Of a stretch of DNA of 64,000 bases, positions 54,024 to 64,000 are shown in pieces (within the stretch, counting starts at the first letter, position 1; every line of letters begins with the position of its first letter). Below the pieces are notes generated by a model. It was not told the origin of the DNA and searched no databases. It saw only the letters and a list, made by a program, of their open reading frames with translations. Source of the DNA: Eledone cirrhosa. Taxonomy: Eukaryota. The stretch covers positions 280,612,001 through 280,676,000 of the forward strand of contig OZ024740.1 of NCBI GenBank assembly GCA_964016885.1, read 5' to 3'. The translations under genes and the position numbers were made by a program.

Positions 54024-55996
54024 GTAGAAAAGTAAGAAATCGGAGAATAGACCGTTAAAACATGTTTATTTAAAACAGCACCTACGTACGTTTCGCCCAG
54101 TTGGGATTCTCAAGGGCATAAATAACCAAAAGTGTTCCTTACATTACAAGTGCTCGGAAAGAGTTTTTGGGGTTAAATTCACGTCAAGGTTCATTGCTCG
54201 CAAAAATAGCTTGTTTTGATTTTGCAGCAGGTCAAGGGAGGTAACTCTGGCCAGTGTTAGGGCAGTCTTTCCCGGACAAATTTTTATCCGTTACAAGATG
54301 AGATTACAACCTTACCATTGTCGATGCTCACAGGGTCATGTAACCAACGCTTATTTTGAGACGTTTGTTTTCCGCACCTGTTTGTCTGGGTCGTTTGAGG
54401 CTGGGTCTGGTATGCATGGTTAGTTTCCTGGGTGTTATTTTGCAGCGCCTGCCCGCCGGGATGTTAAAACTTGTTGCAGGGAGATCCGGTGCACGGTTTC
54501 ACTCCTCATCCTTAACCCATCTGAACTAGGATATTTTCAAGCGATGTGCACAACTTATCGCTGTTTCAGCTCTGCTGTTGATGAGCTCGTGGGGTGCAGT
54601 TATGATGTGGTAGAGCTTCATGAGGCAAAGATCGTACTTCCTCTTGAAGTTGTACGGTGCAGCCCTGTCGACAATATCCCAGTGCGTGGAGAAGCTGATG
54701 TTTAAGTCCTTTAGTGATGTGATGTAGTCCGCGAGCGAAGTGGAGTGTCTTAGTTTTTTATTTGTGAAAGAGTGGAGATGTGTTCGAAACCTAACTTTGA
54801 ACGGGCCGGAGGTAGCCCCTATATAATGTTTAACGTTATTGTGGCTAGTTACAGTGCATCTATATATAACCCTATCAGTCAAGCAGTATCCTCTAAGGGG
54901 GCAGCATCCTCTGTAGCGGCAGTTGCAATTTCCGTCGCGGTTCCATCTATTTCCCACGGCAAGGCTATCATTGTTGCTGCCTACGTTGTTATCTCCCGCA
55001 GCTGTCGTTAGCACAATTACAACCCACATCACGCGGGGTGGTGCGATTGTTATTCCGCACGTCATGTCCGGCATGTTCCCCAGTCAATGGATGCTGCTAG
55101 GGAGTTGTTAAGGCCGATATAGTTATTGTCAGGTGTAGGTGCGTCTGTGTCGAGGTGCTGTGTCTTGGTGATCTTACTGTGGTTCGTTGTTCCTATGATG
55201 TCTGCTAGGTTAGGAGTAGTAGAGAAGGATATTTTTATATTATTGCTATTAAGAATTTTTCTATACCTATGGTTGGGCGGGAAGTTCTTCTCTAAGGCTT
55301 CGAAGAATATCCGGTGTATGTTGGAGGCCACACTCCGAGAGTAGGGGGGTGGAACCATAGGACGTTACGGTGGCGATTACGTGTCCTACGGGTGGTTCCA
55401 TCTAGGTGACCGCTCTTATGTCTGTTAATGCGCGTTAGTTACTCCTTTCACTTTATGCTCGGGTGCACTCTTCTTCCCTCTTCTTCCCTCTTCCATGTTT
55501 ATGTACAGGAAGATGTTGGTTGGAAGGCGTTGGTAGTAGGCCGTCGCCTTTGTTGGTTTTGTAGTAAGGGAATAGTTCGAGTAATCTACAGTGGTCACCG
55601 TCGCCGGGGTCGTGATATTTAGTGCAATTATCTATTCTATTATATACGACTTCAACGAGGTCGCCGCGTGAACGGTTATAGGTATGGCTTACTATAACGT
55701 TCGTTTTATGAGTGGGGTGGTTTCTAGAGCTAGCGTTAGGGATGTAGGAAATTCCCCGGTTAAAGCCGGCGCTTATCAAGGCCCTATTGTAGTAATCTGC
55801 CGCTTGGTTGAAGATATCCTCATTGGCGGATAGCCTCGATATTCTATGTGAGATACTATAGACTATGGAGTTGAGAGTCTGCTTAGTTCCACCCCCCCTA
55901 CTCTCGGAGTGTGGCCTCCAACATACCCCGAATATTCTTCGAAGCCTTAGAGAAGAACTTCCCGCCCAACTATAGGTATAGAAAAATTCTTAATAG
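54022..55996 (-). mobile_element. Penelope-like element 3, 5'-truncated, related to PLE1
   Basis: FPPNHRYRKILNSNNIKISFSTTPNL, CNC...CPLRGYC, VIYRCTV...YIGATSGPFKVRF, CAHR; 3' end abuts (TA)n. Confidence 0.88.
54078..54117 (-). ncRNA. Variant minimal hammerhead (U3/A8 core) in the PLE3 3' end
   Basis: Minus strand: gccc-TTGAGAA-tcccaactgggc-GAAAC-GTAC-GTA-ggtgc, followed by AATAAA. Confidence 0.68.
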
Positions 55997-56481
55997 GAAC
56001 ACATATTTCCAATTTACATCGTCAAATTGAGATTTGACCGACATAGCTTCTGTTGCTTTGCGAACTAACTTTTCGGTGAGTGCTGTGTTGGTACATTCTT
56101 ATATGTGTTTTTTCTCGGACATCGCTTCGGTGTGTGTGAAAGTGTGTGTGTACCCACCCACGCTAATTCTACGGGTTTAATACTGTGTTGATGTGTGTAT
56201 ATATATGTATATATTTTTCTTTGACCTCGAGCCGATGTATGTAGGTGTGGAATGTGTGTGTACCTACTCACTTTTAACTGTGACTGACTGTATCCCTACA
56301 GATTTGATTGATGTCCAGCGTCTTTTGCAGCGATAGAAATCTGAAAACTTTTATGACCTCAACTAAAGCTAATAGCAGTCGCCTTGTCTCTGACTGACTG
56401 GTGTGTCTCCATATGAGGGAATGAATTCTGTGAGAGAACATAGTTATTTTTTCTCCCTCATATCAAGAATTTGAAGACAAT

Positions 56482-56569
56482 TCATTTTCACCTGATGAGA
56501 TCAGTGATAATCGATCATGGCTTCACAATCGATCTATCTCTTATTGAAACACGTGTCGTGATTAAATGA
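56482..56569 (+). ncRNA. Type I hammerhead ribozyme with palindromic stem III
   Basis: tcattttcac-CTGATGA-[long imperfect stem II including atcgat/atcgat]-GAAAC-ACGT-GTC-gtgattaaatga. Confidence 0.82.
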
Positions 56570-56759
56570 TTGGAATTTTACCTTGCCTTCGGATTTTCAT
56601 TTTAATACTTATACTCCGTTTTACATCATCTAGCTGTTCCCTTGAATGGAATTGGAGATATACGAAAGCGTGGAGAACTTAATATTGCTAACATAAAGTT
56701 ATTGGACCATTTTACACAACCAATAATGCACCTTACTATATATATATATATATATATAC

Positions 56760-56998
<239 letters not shown>

Positions 56999-57201
56999 TA
57001 TATATCAGATAGGAAGCAAAATGTTATTTAGAAAATTTGCGTGGGAGAAATGCAGAAAAATGTAAACCGCTGATCATGTCGACTGAGACATATTTGCGGA
57101 GTGGCTGTTTAGAAATTCGTACAGTCTTAAACTATAAGACAAACATTCTACGCATATAATTCTATCTTTCCTTGTCTTTTTCTCTCTCTTTGCACACACA
57201 C

Positions 57202-57265
<64 letters not shown>

Positions 57266-57290
57266 AGACACACAAACATACTTACACACA

Positions 57291-57795
57291 CACCATCACA
57301 ATTACATATAAGCACATTCAAACACCCCCCCCCCCACACACACACAGAGACAGACACAGACACACAAACATACATACACACACACCATCACAATAACATA
57401 TAAGCACATTCAAACACACACGCACACACACACACGCACATATATATATATACGCACACACACACCATCACAATAACATATAAGCACATTCAAACACACA
57501 CGCACACACACACACACACGCACATATATATATATACGCACACACACACCATCACAATAACATATAAGCACATTCAAACACACACGCACACACACACACA
57601 CACACGCACATATATATATATACGCACACACACACCATCACAATAACATATAAGCACATTCAAACACACACGCACACACACACACACACGCACATATATA
57701 TATATACGCACACACACACCATCACAATAACATATAAGCACATTCAAACACACACGCACACACACACACACACGCACATATATATATACGCACAC
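57291..57795. repeat. Microsatellite-containing minisatellite, ~84-bp unit x6
   Basis: caccatcacaataacatataagcacattcaaac followed by (CA)n and (TA)n, repeated. Confidence 0.9.
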
Positions 57796-57799
57796 ACAC

Positions 57800-57846
<47 letters not shown>

Positions 57847-57883
57847 ACTTACTGTGGTTACCTCCGATTCAACCCGGAATAAC

Positions 57884-57919
<36 letters not shown>

Positions 57920-57921
<2 letters not shown>

Positions 57922-58016
57922 AAAGCGCATGGCTTAATGGTTAGAGCGTCGTGAGGTTGAGTGTTCGATTCTCGGAACGGGCTTTGCGTTGTAATCTTGA
58001 GGAAAACACTTTATTT
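57920..58016 (+). mobile_element. SINE family 2 5' portion
   Basis: A box tggcttaatgg and B box gtgttcgattctc. Confidence 0.6.
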
Positions 58017-58333
58017 ATAGATACAAACTATGTAGTGTGGAAATGCCTAAACTGGAAATGCCTTAACAGGATATTCTGATGATCCGGTTAAGGGTGAAAT
58101 CAGCGATTCTTTGCTTAAAATTTAATCTGTTCTTATAATAGCTATGTGTGCTTACACACTTTTACAAATTATTCCCTGTGATTGTTTCATATGTTTATTT
58201 TATATATATATATGTCAATCAATTTCTAGTTGATATAAAATGCTCGGATCTGTTCATTGGAATCTTGGATATGGACATCTACAGTGGATATGGCGCATGT
58301 CTATCTGACATGACACCCTTAATTTAATTTTGG

Positions 58334-58369
<36 letters not shown>

Positions 58370-58984
58370 TCGTATGTGGTTGACGGTTGGGAGAAATGAG
58401 TACCCAATACCGAAGTAGAGTTTTAATATTCATTCTATTCAGGCTAGATGGTGAGTCTTGTTACTCTGGAATTTCGCCTGTTTATCACAGGGTCATCAGT
58501 CAAGAACAAAAGTATATTTATTATTTGCACTTTGCTGGCTCTTGGTGTGCCACTTCCATCTGACATTTTACATGCATTGTGTTGCTATTTAACATTGGGT
58601 ACAAGTAGTATAGTTTGCCACTGTATAGAATATATCACCCTTCAGTTGAGAACGCATTGGAAGTCTTTTCCATATGCTGGAATTTTCATTTCTAACAACT
58701 GCTGCCATGGGTAATCTCAGGATTTAGAGGAGCCCACCTGTCGCTACTGGTGTCAAGCTGCGCTATGCGACGTGTTTAAAGTAGCGATTTCATGGTCTAC
58801 TCTTTCCCACTATTCCACGAAATTAAACTACAGGAACATTGTACAAAACACATCTGTCAAACAATTCTTCCACCTCTATACTAACATCCATGCACTTCAG
58901 TTCACCGTTTCCTACTAACACTCAAACTACACAACCCCAGTGCTCTCTCTCCCTCTCTCTCTTACTCTACACTCTCTTTCCCCG

Positions 58985-59060
<76 letters not shown>

Positions 59061-60860
59061 ACCCAGCTCTGCTGTCTGGCAATGCTAACGAAGCTGATGT
59101 TTTTGAATACGTAGAATCCGTTCTCTCCACTACTCAACGTCATCAATATATTCTCATTCAAAATATCGCTTCCCTAATTCTCTGAATTCATTTAGTGTCT
59201 CTACCGCTCCTCAAACTCACCATTAGATATTTGTTTATTCCCCTTCCTGCATCAAAACTATCTATTTCTAACCCCCCTCCAATTCAAAACCCTTACACAT
59301 CGCTGCTGAATTGAGGACCAAACTGTCTACCATTCCGAACTTACTGTACCAGTAAATTTCCATTCTTACCCGTAATATAAACAGACACACCGACAATCTA
59401 GGTACCCATTATCTGTTGCTCCAAACCAAACCTTTACTCATTCTCTCTTATTTCTGCACTCCTTTTAGGGTCCGGTCATATGCAAACCAAGACAACACAT
59501 CTCACAGCGTCCTAAGACTTTCAGTATCTCTGCTATTTCAATGCAGCTAACTGATCAAAACTGGCAATTTTATGTCGATGAGTCATATGAGAAAATCTAT
59601 TTGAGGGAGATAATTACCGAAATCTGCCTCCTAGGAATGACCTTTAACATGACAAAAATCTTAAACCCAAAGTCACAAATGGTATATCAACAGTTGTGCT
59701 GCGCCAGTAATTGACGCTTACTACTCATGGAAGGGAGGTATTTTGTGGCCACTCATCATACTGCAAAACTATTATTAGAAATAGCAAAGGATTGCTGCAT
59801 GTGTCATACATGTAAGATGTTTCATTTACCAAATGGCAGAGAAGTCTTCAAGATTTTTTTGCCAAAAGAATCCCCACAAAATTTAGAGAATTATGCTTCT
59901 CAACATTTCTCAACCAGAAGCATTAATATAAAAAATAGCTTTCATGTTTACTCCAATTTGTTTCCCAAATCTACACAGTATGATATAAGAAATACTATAA
60001 ACTACCTTCAAATTCCTTTCTCAACAGCACGGTCTCACTACAAAACCCACCTATCCACCACGTGTAAACTTTCAATGAATCACTGAAAGTTTACACTGAA
60101 AGTTTACACGTTGATAAGTGGGTTTCAATGAATCACTGAAACTAGCCCCAGTGGCGCTATATTTATCACGCTGAAACTGTTATTCAAGGCAGCTACTAAC
60201 CTTTGCAGCTGCTAACCTCTTCAATATCTCTTTCTTTAGAAATATGACCAGATCATTAAATACACTGATGTCAGCCCTATGTCTGAGGAAAGTAACCTTT
60301 CTGATCCCATCAGATACCACCCCAATGATCTCACTTCATAAAATCTCAAATGTAATGAAAACAGCTATTCATGTCTTTTATTACCTTGAATTAGACCTCA
60401 CCTTCAGCATCTAGCGGCATCGCATCTAAATTTTGAGAGTGAATGAAATATTAGTAATGCTACATTTACTTGCTGAAAAACGCACAATTTTCATCTCATT
60501 TCGTTTTCTATCACTCCTCTATCTATTTCTGTCCTTTCGAAATAGCTAACTATACATAACCTCCTACCAAAAATACATGTCTAGCATGCTTTTGTTATCC
60601 CCAAAACTGTTATACGTTTCAGGTCCCTCACTAAATATTTCGCCCAGTCTTCCTTCATTCGTAATAAGACCCTCAGTATTTCCCGCTAAGTTCACAATTT
60701 TCTTGCAAATAATGAATATTAATCGCAACGATCTAACCGGTCTGGGAAAACCCGCAAAGTTCACGCGCCTTGTCTCTAGTCTCTTTATTAATTTATTTTT
60801 AAAATGTTTCATTATGTTCAATGAGATATCTGTTCTCAACACACACACACACACACACAC

Positions 60861-60958
<98 letters not shown>

Positions 60959-62166
60959 TATAATTCAGAATTATATTGCCTTTTAATCTAACTTACTAAG
61001 TTGACCCTAACTTTTGCTTGTTCTCTAGTATATCATACTTTGATTAGCACCAGGAGGCCCCTAGATGAGTTAGGGATGTTGAAGCTGGATCCAAATCTGC
61101 CAGGATACGTTAAAAAATCTAATTTCATTTTGTTGCTTCATTTACAAAATACTTCAAAACAAGAATAATTATTGTAGGAGGATTCAACGTACACTAGCGA
61201 TCTTGCTGGCACATGTTAAATTTTCCTACATTAATCACAACAAACTCACTCATCTTCGCAAATATTCGACTGCGTTGTGTGATCTGTAAGTCTAGCAATG
61301 TGTATATACCTTTTAGGAGTGATGGACTCCATGTTTTCGGCAGAATATCTACAAACTCACTGATCTTTGTAGATACTCTACGACGTCAAGTAGTCAGTAA
61401 ATTTAATAATGAGAATACACTCTTTACGACTGGAAGACTCCATACTTTGATCAGAATATCTACTTCAATAGAAGAATGATCAAGTATAAAACCTTGGGAT
61501 TGTTTCGTTTCTGTTAGTCTTAACCAGTGTTAGAACAGCATAAGAACAGCTCCTCTATCGGAAAAAGTGAATGCAGTTCAATACAAATTTAATTCATTAT
61601 AATCAGTTTTACACAAATGAATTTCTTAGACCCACACATAGACAGCAGAATTATGAAAACAGCCTATGAAATATCTCCATTTCTGTAGTTCCCTTGCTTG
61701 ACACGGCACACAACAGGTGCAGCTGCAAGGCCTTTGTCACCAGTGTGGGTGTCTGAGTCCTATTGTATTGAAGAAGTGGTTGTATTCGGTAAGAGAACAA
61801 AACAGGGAGACAAAGGACAAATTGTGCCTGTTGACGATTTGCAAAAACAAAGACTCCCACCCCAAATAAAAACCTACAAACCAATGCGCATCAACTGAAA
61901 TGGAAGTGATTAAAACACCTCGCGCAATATCTTAGCCAAGAACAGAAAAATAGAAATAAGTATTTTGGACTATAGTCCAACGAAGAGAGGGCACAGAACG
62001 AATGGCGACTTGTTCATCCACTGGGAGAAATGAGGCCGTCTGTTTTCTCTGTTGTTCTTTTTTTTTCTTCGTCCTATTTGTCTTCTACGCTCCGCCTTTT
62101 TGATTCCTATTCGATATTGTCTTAGCTACGCGAGTCTATGTAATATATATATATATATATAGTCTA

Positions 62167-62233
<67 letters not shown>

Positions 62234-62234
62234 A

Positions 62235-62305
<71 letters not shown>

Positions 62306-62461
62306 AATAATGATAGATTTAGTTTGAAACTGGGTAGACCATTACGCACCAGAGCACTTAATACTTAGTGTAGTAGAGTATGGTTACATTATAAAGAGTC
62401 GGGACCCCAATGGCTGAGCTCTTGCCGTTTCAACAACTAGTTTCAGACTAGTTCAGGCTCT

Positions 62462-62540
<79 letters not shown>

Positions 62541-62869
62541 ATCTATATATATATATATATTTATATATCAAAAGTAAGTGTACAAACCAATCAAGAAGGA
62601 GAGATAAGATATTAGTTGTGAGAATTATAAGCCAGTAGTGAAGAGGACAGTGTGCTCAACGCGTATTAAGTGCAAGACAAGCGGACAATGAAAGTAAGCA
62701 AGAGAATAATACTTCATGAAAAAAGTGTATATTGATACCATCCGTACTTATCGAATCTCTAATTGATAGATTTTATTTTTACGGACTGAATTGTTGTCTG
62801 GTTTCTGAAACAATTGTAAACCAATAAATATTAATAAATATTTTTTCAGGAATTTGGTTGTGCATTCTC

Positions 62870-62926
62870 TAATAATTGTTTCTACTTTTGGCACAAGGCC
62901 AGCAATTACCCAGTGCATTACTGGTA
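62870..62926 (-). mobile_element. SINE family 1 3' fragment
   Basis: TSD attctctaataat on both sides. Confidence 0.8.
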
Positions 62927-62965
62927 TTCTCTAATAATAATAATTATATATATATATATATATAT

Positions 62966-63094
62966 AATATAGAAATGGCTTCTACAGGACTAGAACTGTT
63001 TCATTCTGGAGAAACCCTCAGAAAGCATCAGGTGCTTCCTGATGATTTCTCCCGAATGGAACAGTTCTAGTTCTGTAGAAGCCATTTCTATATT
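62966..63094. ncRNA. Head-to-head pair of family B hammerheads
   Basis: Plus 63034-63082: gcttc-CTGATGA-tttctcccgaat-GGAAC-agttctagttct-GTA-gaagc; the minus-strand copy has CTGAGGG and GAAAC; 5-nt spacer. Confidence 0.75.
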
Positions 63095-63780
63095 AAATAT
63101 TAATACTCTGCTATGTATTGAGTACCTTACTTACTGCGGTTACCCCCATGATTCACTAGCACTTTTCCTCCACTATCTTCTTCTTAGTTCCACCTTCTCC
63201 ATCTCACCAGTACTCTCTCCTGTTCCCCCTCTTACTCTACCTTCCACCCATGTTTTCGCCTCTTCTTTCCACCACACCACGTCCTTCTCTCCACCGCACC
63301 GCTAGTCTCCTGCTATTACTTCTACACTTTCTCTCCATTCTCAGCCCTCCATCATATCCAATTTCAAATCCTTCCTCTGCCAGCTCCATTCTACTTTCAA
63401 ACGCTTCTTCCGACCTCTTCCCCTATTTATATCCAATGCTCCTTGCATCTCCAAACTCATCTTCACAAAAAACACGCTACGATAGTCTACATCACCTTTT
63501 ATAAGTCGATGTCTCCACCACCACCTTATTCCCCAAGATTTCCGTGTCAAATTCCACCCCACCTCATACTCTGCTCCCACCACTAAGCCCTGGGCCATCC
63601 TTACGCGCTCCTCTCACCATCTCATGCGGGCGACTATCCGTTCCACTCTCTCTCAAATCCGTTCTCTCTTCAAGATGGCCGACTGAATACGCACAAGTGG
63701 TTTTTTTTCTCCCCATTTTATTTTCTCATTTTCCCCCGTTCTTTCCTCTCATCACTCTTTACTTTCTATTTATATCTCTA

Positions 63781-63816
63781 TCTTCTGACGAAGGTCTAGT
63801 GTCCGAAACGTTAAGA
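63781..63816 (+). ncRNA. Minimal type I hammerhead in a pyrimidine-rich PLE-like 3' end
   Basis: tctt-CTGACGA-a-gg-tctagtgt-cc-GAAACGTT-aaga; about 100 bp upstream of (TA)n. Confidence 0.8.
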
Positions 63817-63915
63817 CTCTCTTGGTGCTACTTCAAGCGTTAAACTAATATATTTCTTCCATGTACTGTACCATTTGTTTTGTTATTTTTGTTATTTCTG
63901 TTTATCTTTTACCTG

Positions 63916-63982
<67 letters not shown>

Positions 63983-64000
63983 CAAGAGAGTGAAAGGGGT

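Noticed and set aside
58072-58112. CTGATGA-tccggttaagggt-GAAATCagcGATT
   Set aside because: No stem I pairing between the flanks.
60700-61200. Possible APE-endonuclease remnant (IIVGGFNVH)
   Set aside because: One short motif among many stops; insufficient support.

Overview
AT-rich, microsatellite-dense animal genomic DNA. The SINE families and the (TA)n/(CA)n/(GA)n landscape suggest an octopus or other cephalopod (inference). The only host-gene sequence supported is the last two coding exons (499-681, 1875-2443) of a gene with a Thr/Pro-rich linker followed by a divergent VWA domain. Almost everything else is transposon-derived: three Penelope-like elements (PLEs; one intact apart from a homopolymer frameshift), an R4/Dong-type retrotransposon with a single premature stop, RTE, CR1-like and CRE-like fragments, a Tc1 element with IR/DR ends, Helitron remnants and two tRNA-derived SINE families. 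The most striking signal, invisible in the ORF track, is about 14 type I hammerhead ribozyme (HHR) motifs of roughly ten sequence types. Six lie within 15.8-19.0 kb. Most sit in small non-coding modules beside (TA)n tracts that show terminal direct repeats or fold-back duplications. Two families show compensatory stem I changes between copies, and in one module the inverted copy begins at the predicted cleavage site. This looks like a diverse set of PLE-mobilised retrozyme-like elements. All motifs were folded by eye; activity is untested and novelty was not checked against databases.
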